Below, piece by piece: positions 13,543-27,500 of a stretch of DNA of 64,000 bases. The position numbers and the translations under genes were made by a program. This stretch comes from Antedon mediterranea. Its lineage: Eukaryota; Animalia; Echinodermata. The stretch lies in NCBI RefSeq assembly GCF_964355755.1, contig NC_092670.1, positions 25,530,795-25,594,794 of the forward strand, given 5' to 3'. The notes below the pieces were generated by a model. It saw nothing but the letters and a program-made list of their open reading frames with translations. It was not told the DNA's origin and did not search any database. Every line of letters begins with the position of its first letter. Within the stretch, counting starts at the first letter, position 1.

Positions 13543-14151
13543 AGATGTATTGTCCCTTAATACACAAAAAATGAAGGTCAAAATATTCTAAATTTAAATT
13601 GGCCATATCAAAGTAATATTAAAGTTATTCACTTTAAGTTGAAAATTCGAGCCTAAAACAACAAGTTTACGTAATTAACAGGCATATACTTTGAACCAAT
13701 AAATTCCCTGAAAAGGGAAAAAAAGAAGGAAGGAACAGGTAAATTAATTTGATTACATTTCGTCTGGAAAATCGTTCCTACCGAAAGTAAACAAAGATTT
13801 CAAACCACGAGTGTGCATTATGCATAATGCTAATTAGGATTGTTTACAATTCGTCACGGTTGAGAGGGTGTTTTCACACAGATCACGAGAGAAAGTTTTA
13901 TGATTATGCATACAGAGTAGCCTAACAAGCGCGTTGCATTATTAAATTTGAGATATAATGATAATAATGTTGTGATCGAAAACTTTGACTGGAAGTCAAA
14001 GTTATTTTTTAACAAAAAAAAAAATCTGTATTTCAGTTAAATAATTATTTTTTCGACTAATTGTGTAATGTAAAATGTAAAAGTTAATAACTGTTAGGCC
14101 TATTATACTTCAAAATAACCCACTTTTTTTGGAATTAGGGATAATACATCT
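13543..14151. mobile_element. Kolobok-like (TTAA) MITE
   Basis: Starts TTAA|AGATGTATTGTCCC and ends GGGATAATACATCT; inverted homologue of 52657-53203. Confidence 0.75.
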
Positions 14152-15502
14152 AACATTATTCTGATATAAATTCAGGATATAAATAATATTTTCGATTTTA
14201 TTGAAACTGGTGTACAGATTACTGTAAACAGAGAGGCTATTGGCGCTCGAGTAGGCTAAGATTCGGTGCTAACATAAACAAGATCCCGTATAGGCCTACG
14301 CAGTCTTTTGATAGCCCATTAATATTGTTCTAATCTTAAACAGGGGCGGATCCAGGATTTTGTGAACAAAACTGTAGAGAGTCCAGACCGTACCAACTAA
14401 GAGTTTTGGCGATTTTGAAATATGACACCTCTAGATGGTCGGAAATGGCACTATGAAAACTGAGGCACTAGCCTATTAAAAGGTGACATTTTCCCTCATA
14501 GGCCTATTTTGACTAAAAGCGACAGAACAGGGCGCTTCACGAAAGTCAGCGTTTGCACGTGGCGGAAAAGAGTGCTTGTCCAGGGCCGTCGGGACCTGTG
14601 GCGAAGCGAACTTTGTGAAATGACGCTGTTCTAAAATTGTAGGTACCCCCGTAACAGAGTACGCCCCAGATGACCGGAAATGGTACTCTCGCACACAGAA
14701 TTCATGTGGCAACTCTAACTTGCAGGAAAAGGCAATCGTTCTCTGATTATGTAGCATATGCTGCCAAATGAGCAAAACGATCATACTTTTTCCCTCAGGT
14801 AAACACACACGCAATTAAAGGACGATTTTGTTGCTGATATCATTAGGCCTACTCAGTATTTTTTTTTATTGCGTTGCGTTGCGTTCAAGTTCATTGCGAA
14901 CATACGTCTAGGGAAAGCCCCGAAAAAAGCGCACTTTCGGTGAAAAGGCAAATCCAATGGTTATTATAGCTCAATTTTTATTTACATCAATTTTAATTTG
15001 TTGAGGAAATTAAATATATCAATATAAATAGGTATTGATACAGTTGAGTACGTATCGGCGGGTGCTAGAAAAAAATAGCAGCTGCTATAATGTAAACTAA
15101 AGTATATGTTACCAGTTATTATGTGTACTATATTAATATCAACATATCTTTTCATGATGATGATACACTATACTTCATTGTTTGACGTATATAGGCCTAC
15201 CGCTTTCTGACTATTTTTGTTCATCATCATTGTAAATCATGTTCGCAGTAACTTTATAATTTTATTATTATTTTGACAAAAACCTTTAAACAAATTGATT
15301 GTTTTGATATTAAATTCGATAGTTAAAACCTTTTGAACGTTATACATTTTCAAAACAAGACTCAACTCCATACTCCACATAGGAATAGTTGGACACAAAC
15401 ACGGCTTCTAATCCATTCAAAGTCATAACTCTTTATATGGCTCTGCAACTTTTTCTTATAATTAAAACAAGGCCAACAGCCATTAAGTCGCGTGCTACAA
15501 TG

Positions 15503-16278
15503 CATAGTGATACCGGACCGACAGACAAACAGACCGACAGACAGACAGACCGACAGACAGACGGACCGACCGACATAGTGAACTATACTGACCGAAATTA
15601 CTGAACATGTTTAAAAATGTTGAAATGTTTAAAAACATTTATATTTTTTTAATTTACACGTGCGTAGCCTGTCACTTTTGACGTGCTCGTATAACGTAAT
15701 TTCGAGTTGAAAAGTAAGTAAAGAAAACAGAAATCGGGCAAAAAGAGTGCGCAATAACATTTAACGCGCAGTGCGCGCGCAAAAATCTGCGCACTCATGG
15801 CAATTTTGTAAACGCTTAAAATTGCCTGAAACGTACTCTTATTTCATCGAAAATAAATTTTGAAAATTTTAGGCGCGCGTACGCATGCGTTACATGCGTT
15901 ACGCACGTAATTGTATTGCCATATGATGATTTATGCCCTGAAATTTATGAGTACCAAATTTTATTTAATTGTGATTCATGGTTGTTAAGATATGATTACA
16001 AACGTGATTTCGTTAAATCGTGCGTAGACCGCGTAATTTTTTATTGCGCACCGTGAAATCATAACCACATCGATTCCTGGCCATAAGGAATATTCTGTGA
16101 AAAATTGATTTAGCTAGATTAAACTGAAATCAAGATAAGGTCATAAAGCGATAAAACGCATAGTGATACCGGACCGACAGACAGACAGGCCGACAGACAG
16201 ACCGACAGACCGACAGACAGACAGACAGACCGACCGACCGACATAGTGAACTATAGAGTCGCTTCCACGCGACTAAAA
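15503..16278 (-). mobile_element. Non-autonomous Helentron/HINE-like element
   Basis: Two GACA/GACC microsatellite blocks and the terminal hairpin AGTCGC-ttccac-GCGACT; 15635-16278 is near-identical to 1-632. Confidence 0.6.
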
Positions 16279-16737
16279 ATATAATTGCACATTTTACGGT
16301 GGAATATCGATATGCACAGCGTACAGAAGTACTTGTAGCAAAGATGCTTTTGATGACTAAATAAAATAACAAAGTGTCGTGGATATATTTGTTAATATAC
16401 TGAAAAGGGTATGAACAATATTAAAATAATAATGGCAAATTATTACAAATGAAATGATGAACGAGTCTCTGAATTTATTAACGTTGGCGGCGCAGTTTGT
16501 TAAAAAACACACAGAGAGCCATGTTGTGTATAAAAAGAGGAGTGAAATTTGTGTGTTTTTTGTATTGGTTCATGCTGTATCCTAACTTCCATGCAGGCCC
16601 TAGCATTTATTCTTTTGTTATTATAGACACAATATATATATGTTACCAAATTAATACCATTAATAAAATTAATTACTAAAATAAAAACGGAATATAACAT
16701 AAGCGTTATTTCATAGACAAAAAAAATCTAAAAATAA

Positions 16738-18002
16738 GGCCAAATAAAAAAACATACTTGTTAAGCGTCACCGCCCGCTCCTGATTATCCAGCCGCCTCT
16801 CTTTTTATTTTTATTTTTTTTTTTACCGATATACAACGGAAAGTTCAGCGGCCCGGCCCAGCTCCAGAGTAGGGCTCGAAATTCACGCTAGCAAACTAGC
16901 ATTTTGCTAGTAGATTCTTCATAATTGCTATTTGAAAATTTTAAAACTAGCAAATGTTTGTTAGGCTAGTGTAATTTTTGAAAAATACGTACTTTTTAGC
17001 TTAGACAACGCTAGCCGCCGATCGCTCTATGTCGGCAACGGCAATTTGGTGAAAACAATTGTTTCATTTACACGCCGCCGATTTACGTCAAGGAAACGCG
17101 AATAGCACCGTGAATCATGTAATGTGGTAAACAGCATGCTTTTTCCCCAACACATTAAATCATGTGCATTTAGTACGTCGCTGAGAATTACATCATCAGT
17201 CACGTGATTACAGAATACGCGATTATCAATTTAGGGATTTAACGAAATAAATATTTTGCCTACATAGTGGTCGAAGCGCGTTTTTTTATAGGTTCGTAAA
17301 TAGGAAACACCCCATACATAATGGACTCTACCAATTTTGTTTACGATGATCTCGCGCTCGAGATCGGCACACCACGAGGTCCTGTTGGGCGATGGGTTTC
17401 CTTATGCCTGGTTTACCTGTGGAATAATTACATACACTTTTTGCATCACAACTTTAAATACTGATTTACACAGCAATTGGCAAAGGATTCATCAAAGAAG
17501 AATGAATACTTTGAACAAAAATTCACTTAAGAAATGCCGTAAGCTGTTTTCAAACTATAAATCAGCCCACTATTTAGTATTATTGAGACCAAATCATGCT
17601 TCTCGCGATAGGGAATTTCCTGGATAGATGAGTCGAGCGAGAGACGGCGGATTAGATGGCCGATGAGTGAGGTGGGGGTAGCAGCTTGGACGGATTAGTT
17701 AGCCTAGGCTGGGCCTACAATTTCGTTTGGTGGCAATTAAATTTAATGTTTTAATTACGTCTGGATATAAACAATACAAAACTCAATTTTGTCATAAGGA
17801 ATAATATTTCATACATAGTCAATTTTGTTCTGTTTCGCATTTTAAAAGTTTGACGTTTCTTTCTAAAAAGAGTGGGCCAAAACGTCCACCACGCAAAAAT
17901 ATACCTCTATAAAAAGTAAAAAAAAAAAAAAAAAAACCGTCCCCCCGCCCCTGAAAATGTATGAAGGTGTGACGCTTAACAAGTATATTTTTTTATTTGG
18001 CC
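16738..18002. mobile_element. Harbinger-like non-autonomous DNA transposon just upstream of ECI1
   Basis: TIR GGCCAAATAAAAAAA..ATACTTGTTAAGCGTCAC at both ends, TAA duplication. Confidence 0.75.
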
Positions 18003-18186
18003 TAATGCATGAACTACAGGAAAACGCTATACAAAATAGACGCGCGCGCCATCAGCGTGCGAATTCTTTGACACAAAAATGGCTTCTAATTTTCAATGTC
18101 GTAACTCTTTATTATATGGATGGCTCTGTAGTGTAGGTAACAGCGCCCTCCATCACACACAGAAAAAAAAACAGGATTGTACAAAA

Positions 18187-21100
18187 ATGTCTTCAAAAAG
18201 TTTGGTTTACAGTTAGTAAAACTGTTTAGTAGTCTCTTGTTAACACCAAACTCTTAACCTAGCCAACCTTTGGTATACCTATAACCTAGCCTAGCTAATA
18301 TAGGCTTAGCTACTAGAACTAAATTGATTAGTTTAGCTAGGAAGGCTAGCCTAGCCTAGCCCTAACCAACAAAACGGACCCACCAACCAAAACCAGGAGC
18401 CAGGCTAGGCGAGTAGGATTCCTAGACTAGCCTAGGCCTAGCTAGCGGATCACCCCTGTGATTGTTGGGATCTTATTCTTCTTTCTTTCCACGAATATTG
18501 TTTTCTAATCAATTTCACGTACATTTCAGGCCATTTTGAGAATTTCAAATTTTTGTTTGCATTTTGCGCACACAGCTCGTACAAGGCGTAGAAAAATTCT
18601 TTTTACAGTTGGTTTTTGTTTTTTATATCTACTGTAGTAGATTTCATTCATTTTGATAAACTTTAATTGCAAATTAACGATGCATGTGCATGTTAAACTC
18701 TAAAGTAGTTTAATGCAAATTTGTGCAAAATATACTATATTTAATCGGTTATAGCTCCTCAGGATGGCCGGTGACGCCTATTTGTTTTAATGTACTATGG
18801 AAGCTGACGAGTTGGAGATATCAATTCAATTTGTATCCTACCGGATGTTCTGACATCTCCATTGACCACTCGAAGTTAAATAGGATTTTTTCCTCTTTTG
18901 TACTAGTTAATCGCATTTAATAGAGCGCAGCATTGCGCTAATGCGTACCTAATTTTCTTCTGGATTTTTATATGTTCTTGCTTAATCAATTTGCTTTCAC
19001 ATGAGAGCTTCAAAAATTTAAATTTTACGTCGTCATATAAAAAAATTTTAATTTTTAATTTATCTATACAGTATATTTTAATTGTGTTAACTTGTTATGG
19101 AAGCTGTTGAATTGTAGATATGAATTCATATAAATATGTTGTCTATCTGATGTCATGACAAAAAAAGTCAGATTTTTATCTATTTCGTAAATGCATCTTA
19201 TTTTTACGAGCCCAAAATTCTTCACATTTTTATTAATGTAATTATTTACATAATTATCTTCTGAAATTATTAACTTCATGTTTCATTTGATTGGAATAAA
19301 AGATGGGTCTCATCATTTCTTTTATGCTAGACTGTATATAATTTTTAAATACAGTACAACATATTTAATTCATGTCATAGGAAGGCATAATAATTGTCGC
19401 CATTCATATTTTTACGTATGTGCATGTTACATTTCCGCATGTTAACATTTTTCCAGCCCTATCTAGTAATTTTGCCAAATTTTAAACCATTTCAACTTAA
19501 AATCACTTCATACGCGCACGTCAAATTAGACAATTTGTGCGCGTTTTTTGATGAAAAAGTTAACAACTTTGTCAAAATTATGTCTTTCTAAACTAAACGG
19601 TGAAATTTATTTTTTATACATATTCTGGAAGGTGATGAGTTGTAAATATCGGATCATGCATCAATATGGCTAACCGGACATTGTGACATCATCGTACGGC
19701 CACTCGAATATGAAATATAGGATATTTGTCTCTTTCATCATAGTAGCTCATCACATTTAATAGACCACATCTCTACTTATCCATATTCCATTTCCCCCCA
19801 GATTTTAGTATTGTCTAGGTCAATCAATATCTTTTGCATGATTTACCATTTTGTAAATTTTGATGTCACCATGTTCAAAAGCGGGAATTGAATGGGTCAC
19901 TTATTTTCATCATTTAAGTAAATTTCAATATGCTATAGCTCTTCAGAATGAAAAGTGATACTCATGATTAAAACGTTTCCTGGAAGTTGTTGAATTGTAG
20001 ATACGAATTAATGTTCACATTTTGTGCATAGGATGTTGTGATGTCATATGGCCAGTTAAATTATAAAAGTTGTATTTTCATATTTTGCCTAATTTTTGTC
20101 ATAGTTCATGACATTTAAAAGAGTGCGCGTCCATATTCTCCAAATTATTCAACATGTTAATAAGATAATTCCCTTCCAAAATTGCTATGTACATGTTTTA
20201 TTTTGATGACGTCATCATGTTAAAAATGTATATACTGTAGTGTATACAGTACTGTATATATACTTAGACACAAAATGGAGGGCACACTAACATTTTATTT
20301 TCTTCAGGTCAGAACACAATTGTCGTATTCGATTGGGAACTTTCGTTGTCAACGTAAAGATCGTTGAGTACTTTTTGTATTCGAATTGTAAATTTGTGCT
20401 CAACAGAAAGTCATCCGAATAGAGAACGTTGACAACGAAAGCTTTTTCGTTAAGAACAATCCCAACGCTCAAAATACTCCGTTAAAGAAGTACTCAACGG
20501 AAAAACTACTCAACGGTCCACTCGAATACGACAATTGACATAATTGTTTTTCTGTGCACAATATTCTAACGTATGACATGCACGTGGCATTTGCCGGCAG
20601 ATAACCTAACTCATATATAGCGACAAGTTCAAATCTAGTTTTAAATATATATCTTAAGTTAAATTTTTGACTAAAGCATCTTAATACATGTACTTGACAT
20701 TTTATATCATAAAACCATACCAAGCGATATTGGGCCCCTACCTAGTGAAACCGGACCCTATCGGGCAAAGATCACTATGACCGCACAGTTCAGTATATAT
20801 TTTCTATATTTTTTGTTCAGGTATGTATGCCTGGAGATTGTCGAGTCGTGGTCGACATATGTGCAATCCATTCAGAAACTGGCAAGCAACCACAGCATCA
20901 TTTACACAAATTAAGAGGTCATACACGGAGCGAGCAAACTATATTCATGTTGAGAATGATGAGCAGTTGAAAGGTCAGTGTGTACTGTAGGTGCATAATG
21001 ATTGGTTCCCACCAGGACGCAACACAGGGACCTAAGCGTAAGACAAGTGTGTGATTTGACCAATTACAAGTGGTGGATTATTTGAATCCTCTACACTTGT

Positions 21101-24100
21101 CATTGGTCAACTATTTTGCATTGGATCTACGTCCTTGTATTACGTCCTAGTGGGAACCAATAATGTAATTTATTTTTTTATATATTTTTATGCCAAGAAA
21201 GATTTTAAAAATATCTTAAATAATATCTTAAATAATGTTCTATATTTTGTTATCATATTTACTTAGATCCACCTAATGGTGCCATGACCCGCCACCAGTT
21301 GGTGCCATGACCCACCACCCGTTAGTGCCATCACCCGCCACCTGTTGGTGCCATGACCCGCCACCAGTTGGTGCCATGACCCGCCACCCATTGATGCCAT
21401 GACCCACCACCCGTTAGTGCCATGACCTGCCACCTGTTGGTGCCATTACACAACACTTTTTTTTTTTCAAATTTGATGGGATTTATTTTAATGTCAACAA
21501 ACTCATAATTTTTCTACAGAAATTGCTGACATTTGATCTTTTAAGAATAAAGATTGATAATATTTTGGATTGTATTTTTTTTTTAGGGGTATCGTTATTG
21601 AAGTTTGACAATAAACCAGTAAATGGATTGAGTAAGGATTTTTTGATTGAGTTGGATATGGCGCTAGAGAAACTAGAAAACAATCCAACATGCCGTGGTG
21701 TAATATTGACATCTGTTAGTTTGAATTTCTTCATTTTCTAGTAAAACTCAATGTTGTAGCCCTTCACAAAGTCTGTTAAAAGAATAAATGTTCTGTGAAA
21801 ATAAAGTAAGCTTTCTCCAAATCAAATAACAGCAAATTCGCATGCATGATGTAACACAAACAAACATGATGGCTCTCTTAGTGCTACATCTTTAATATTT
21901 TCCAATGCAGTCTACTTGTCATTATTTTTTGCCCAATAGCACACCTGTGTTAAGAAACCATCTCTGTCTTCTTTGCAATTATTTGCTAATTTTGTTCTAA
22001 ACATTAACCCTACACAAAATGATATATTAATTTAGTATTGAGTAGTGAATCCTGTAATGAAAAAATGAAATTGACAACATATACCGATTTTTGCAAATCC
22101 ATTTTCTATTAAACATTGATCCTACACACAATTTATACTGTACATGTTACATAACCAATTGAAATAGTAATAAATACAATGATATAAATTAACACCCATT
22201 TAAATAATATTTAGCAGATTTCCCATATTTCTCATACAGTACAATTTTTATTTTTAGGCTTTTCCAAAGATATTTTCAGCTGGCCTCGATATTTTAGAAA
22301 TGTATCAAAAGTCACCTGATTACACAAATGCATTCTGGCGTAGCCTTCAAAATATGTGGTTGCGATTATATGGGTCACGTCTCATAACTATTGCAGCTAT
22401 AAATGTAAGTATGAGGTTGAGATATAGAAATCGTCCGATTAATTCATTGTGTGCATGCAGGGACTTGACTTGATTACTTGACACACATTATGTATGTTGA
22501 TTCAGATGACGACTGATGACAGAATATTCATAGGACCAAGGTGGCCAAAATAAAAAATCTCCATATATGTTGACTTTAAAATGGATTTTACCTGTATCTA
22601 TTAAATTTAATTTATTGTACTCCTATTCCTTTAACAGTTCAGTTATTTGAACCTTTTCTTTTTAGGGTCATAGTCCAGCCGGCGGAGCACTTATGGCAAT
22701 GTCATGTGACTATAGAGTCATGGCAAGTGGGCCTTACACAATTGGTCTTAACGAAACATTATTGGTAAGTTTATTTTCCATTTAACTATTCTATTGCATT
22801 GCATACGTACGATTATGCTGATTATAAACGTGCCATATGTTTCTTGCGATACTTACTTACAATTATAACTAAAGTTTCTGTCTGCATTTTAGATATTTGT
22901 AAAGTTTTGTAGTTTTGTCTGTTATTTTTAACAGAACATCTTGTCGGTGTCTTTAATGTCTTGCATAACTTTCTCTTGTTTAAATTTGTTATAAACAATC
23001 ATCATATTACAATACATTATAAATAATATACATTTATCTTGCAGGGTATTGTTGCACCATTCTGGTTTATGGATGTAATGACCAACACGATTGGACACAG
23101 AAAAACGGAAATTTCTTTACAGTTAGGTTAGTATTACATTTACAAACAATGGCATAGTAATTTCCACTTGTCTTAAGAACATATAGTTATTGAAGGACTG
23201 GATTGTTTTGTTAAGCCTTTCTGGTGTATAATGAAAGTGCTCCCTCTATATATTATGGAATGTCAACAAACAAATTATTTTTTTCTTATATATTTTACAG
23301 ATACATTTTATCCTAAATTATATAAGTATATAATTATATATTCTAGGTTATTTTTATTTTTTTAGTAATGTGTTTTGTTGTGGGTCCCTACGAGACAAGT
23401 TTTTAACTTCTAGAAGGGATCCATGATAATAATGACTACCAATTACTGCTTTATCTATGTTCACTTTAATATCTTTTTTCTATTTTGTATATATTCATTC
23501 ATTATTATCTAAATAAATATTATCTGAATCTGAATCTGAATGAAAATGTTCTAAAAACTAAATATTGTTTACTCTAGGCAAGTTATACTCATCAGATGAA
23601 GCCTTGAAAATAGGTCTTGTAGATATGTTAGCTGAAGAGAATGAGGTGCTGGATGTGGCAAAGGTGCATATGAAACAATGGCTCAAAATACCAGGTTAGT
23701 TGAATTATAGGTCTTGTAGATACATTGAAGAGAATGAGGTGCTGGATGTGGTTAAGGTGCATATGAAACAATGGCTCAAAATACCAGGTTAGTTGAATAG
23801 GTCTTGTAGATACATTGAAGAGAATGAGGTGCTGGATGTGGCTAAGGTGCATATAAAACAATGGCTCAAATTACCAGGTTAGTTAAATAGGTCTTGTAGA
23901 TATGTTAGCTGAAGAGAATGAGGTGCTGGATGTGGCTAAGGTGCATATGAAACAATGGCTCAAAATACCAGGTTAGTCAAATAGGTATGTAGATACATTG
24001 AAGAGAATGGGGTGCTTGATGTGGTTAAGGTGCATATGAAACAATGGCTCAAAATACCAGGTTAGTTGAATAGGTCTTGTAGATACATTGAAGAGAATGA

Positions 24101-25902
24101 GGTGCTGGATGTGGCTAAGGTGCATATAAAACAATGGCTCAAATTACCAGGTTAGTTAAATAGGTATTGTAGATATGTTAGCTGAAGAGAATGAGGTGCT
24201 GGATGTGGCTAAGGTGCATATGAAACAATGGCTCAAAATACCAGGTTAGTCAAATAGGTCTGTAGATACATTGAAGAGAATGAGGTGCTGGATGTGGCAA
24301 AGGTGCATATGAAACAATGGCTCAAAATACCAGGTTAGTTGAATTATAGGTCTTGTAGATACATTGAAGAGAATGAGGTGCTGGATGTGGTTAAGGTGCA
24401 TATGAAACAATGGCTCAAAATACCAGGTTAGTTGAATAGGTCTTGTAGATACATTGAAGAGAATGAGGTGCTGGATGTGGCTAAGGTGCATATAAAACAA
24501 TGGCTCAAATTACCAGGTTAGTTAAATAGGTCTTGTAGATATGTTAGCTGAAGAGAATGAGGTGCTGGATGTGGCTAAGGTGCATATGAAACAATGGCTC
24601 AAAATACCAGGTTAGTTGAATAGGTCTGTAGATACATTGAAGAGAATGAGATGCTGGATGTGGCTAAGGTGCATATGAAACAATGGCTCAAAATACCAGG
24701 TTAGTTGAATAGGTCTTGTAGATACATTGAAGAGAATGAGGTGCTGGATGTGGCTAAGGTGCATATGAAACAATGGCTTAAAATACCAGGTTAGTTGAAT
24801 AGGTCTTGTAGATACTGTACATTGAAGAGAATGAGGTGCTGGATGTGGCTAAGGTGCATATGAAACAAGGGCTCAAATTACCAGGTTAGTTGAATAGGTC
24901 TGTAGATACATTGAAGAGAATGAGATGCTGGATGTGACTAAGGTGCATTATTGCACTACAGCTACAAATAAATCTATGTTTAAAATATCTTATACTTTAA
25001 AATGCACAATGATAACATTTTGAAACTAAAATTGTGTTTGTATAAAGACACAGACATTAAATAACGGGTGAATCTAAAATGGTGCAATAACAATGTAGCT
25101 ATACATCTAATTTTTAACTATCTTTGCATTTCATTTTAGTAAAATTGCTGGACAGTTCATTCTGCTTTACTTTCAAGTTTGAACATGTATTAATAATTTA
25201 TAATTTAATCATTATTTGCGAGATTTACGATATCAATGCGCGCTCTGGCTGTAAATTGCTGTGACTTCCTTTTTATGTTTACGTAATAATACTGCATGTT
25301 CATTACAAATGGAACTAGTGCATTAAACAATTAAAACATTGTCAAAAACTTGGTGTATAATGTCAATTTAATCATTATTAATGTCTAGAATGCGTTAATA
25401 TGCTTACTAGATTTATTTACTGTTCATTTCTGTTCATTATGCCAAAAACAATGGGTTTTTTTTGTTTTTGAATAGTACATGACTTTTTACTATTTGCCCT
25501 GTCTGTAGAAACAGTGAGCCAATTTATTACATCTAAAGCATATCCATGTTGAATGTTGGGGCAGAGGAGAAACGGCAAAGAATTACTAGTAGCAAAAAAA
25601 AGCTCCTTTGTCGTCAGAAAGTGAAAGAAAAATGTCCAGTAAAGAACTGTAGCAAAACAGTATAAATATTTCATTGCAAGATTTAGAGTAACCATGTAAC
25701 ATACTTCTCTGAATAAAAAAAAATGTTTTTTCCCCTTTCAGACCATGCTAGAGAAATAAGCAAACAGATGATGAGGAAGAAAACAATTGATAAATTACGA
25801 AGCAGACAAGAGGAAGATATTGCATACTTTACGAAATTTATCCAGAAAGATTCAATCCAATTATCACTAGGGAAATATCTTGAAAGTTTGAAGAAAAAGT
25901 AA
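18187..25902 (+). CDS. ECI1: Enoyl-CoA delta isomerase 1, mitochondrial (crotonase superfamily), ~303 aa
   Basis: Exons 18187-18211 (tentative; ATG 20823 is an alternative start), 20821-20973, 21587-21714, 22258-22404, 22666-22764, 23045-23126, 23578-23694 and 25742-25902 join in frame. Motifs KPVNGLS, IFSAGLDILEM, AINGHSPAGG, IGLNE (catalytic Glu), GIVAPFWF and IPDHAREISKQMMRK; Arg/Ser-rich transit-like N-terminus. Confidence 0.93.
18500..20230. repeat. Dispersed repeat family with internal degenerate sub-repeats (ECI1 intron 1)
   Basis: Inverted homologue of 26380-27500, for example AATGCAAATTTGTGCAAAA..ATAGCTC..GGATGGC.GGTGAC. Confidence 0.6.
21001..21161. mobile_element. Small MITE in ECI1 intron 2
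   Basis: TIR ATTGGTTCCCAC(C/T)AGGACG at both ends. Confidence 0.7.
21278..21445. repeat. 23-bp minisatellite, ~7 copies
   Basis: Unit GGTGCCATGACCCGCCACCAGTT with variants. Confidence 0.9.
23610..24948 (+). repeat. Exon-derived tandem array, ~90-bp unit x15, in ECI1
   Basis: The unit is the last 85 nt of ECI1 exon 23578-23694 plus the donor GTTAGT; period 89-97 bp. Confidence 0.95.
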
Positions 25903-26379
25903 AGACATTTTTGTCTAGATTTTTGCAATTAGTAGGTATACTTCAAGCAATCTACATCAGCTTACAAATATTGCAAATCAATGTGTAATACAGGCATGCA
26001 ACCTGAAGAGAAGTAGTGCCAATTATAGGACCTACTGTGACAGTGGTAATGATACACAATAAATAATATAGTGAGCATATTTCACGTTTTTTATTTCTCC
26101 TTGAAAACACTGATGGTCTGCTAAAATATATTTATGAACTTGTTTGATAGTTGTGTTATTTTTGCAATACTAACTGAAGAGTAGATTTGAACTCGTCACT
26201 TTGCAAACTCAACATGTGAGTATGTTAAAATATGAACTCCGAAAATGTATGACATGAAATAAAAATGTTTTGATGAATTGTGTTTTGTCATACATTATAC
26301 AGTATTTTTACAGAATACACTGTATAAATTATATATGTGTATTAATTATATACAGTGTATCATAGAAGAAATTACAAGA

Positions 26380-27500
26380 GCCATCTTTTATTCCAATTTT
26401 TAACACGACGTCATCAAAATAAAACATGTAGATAACAATTTTAGAAGATTATTATCTAAATAATTGAATTTTGGGCACGTAAAAGCAAGATGCGCACTCT
26501 TTTAAATGCGACAAACATTTACGAAAGAGATAAAAATCTGACTTTTTGAATTCAACTGACCGTATGACATCACAACATCCGATAGACAACATTTTTATAT
26601 GAATTCATATCTACAATTCAACAGCTTCCATAATAAGATGTTATCATGTTGGTCACCCTTCATTCTGAGGAGCTATAACAGATTGAAATATTATACTGTG
26701 TCGATCAAATTAAGTAACTCGCGTTATTTAACATTTTTTATATGACGACGTAATAAAAATCCAAATGTTTGTAACTCATGTGAAAAAGAATTGAGAGCAT
26801 ATTAAACTCTAGGATAGAATGGGATACGCATTAGTGCAATGTGCTCTATTAAATGTGATTAACAAGTACAAAAAGAGAAAAAAAAAATCCTATTTTTGAT
26901 ATTCGAGTGGCCATGTGGTGACATCAGAACATCCGGTAGATACAAATTTGACATGAATTTATATCTACAACTTCCTAAATAAGTTTTAAAAAATGGGGTC
27001 ACCAGCCATCCTAAAGAGCTATTATCAATTAAAATTAGGTATTTTTTGCACAAATTTGCATTGAATTACCCATTTTTTAGCACACGATTATTACATGCGT
27101 GTGCATTGTTTGAAATGCTCAAAATGACCTAACATGAAATTTACGCGAAATTGATTAGAAATTAATTTTGCGCATTTTGAAATTTTAAATACACATACTT
27201 TTTTTGCGTAGCATGCTGTTTTTATTATGTTAAAAGTTGCTCCATATTATGAAGTACACTTTCGTAAAGTTTCATTGAAAAACTAATTTTTTTTTAGAAT
27301 TTATGATCAACCATAAAATTGTATAAAATCGCACGTAACTTACGCTGCGCGACTTTAACCAAATCTTCTGTCAATGTTATACGATGTTTGTTGACAAGAA
27401 TTAGAGAACACAATTTTAGGAAAGAAAGAGATCGAAAAAACAAAAAGATCCGGACAATATCAAGAGGTTATTTGCCAAGTGCGGATAACCAACAAACGGT
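26380..27500. repeat. Dispersed repeat (Helentron-like family) between ECI1 and SIRT7
   Basis: Inverted homologue of 18500-20230; ends with CAAGAGGTTAT..ATAACC, like the hairpin end at ~45434-45467. Confidence 0.55.

Noticed and set aside
14476-14814. 112-aa GC-richer ORF
   Set aside because: There are no recognisable motifs or splice partners, and it lies among hAT-like repeat fragments (14341 onward; 14875-14972 matches 47240-47335).
23628-24500. Repeated His-rich minus-strand ORFs (MFYMHLSHIQHL...)
   Set aside because: They are antisense readings of the ECI1 exon-derived array.
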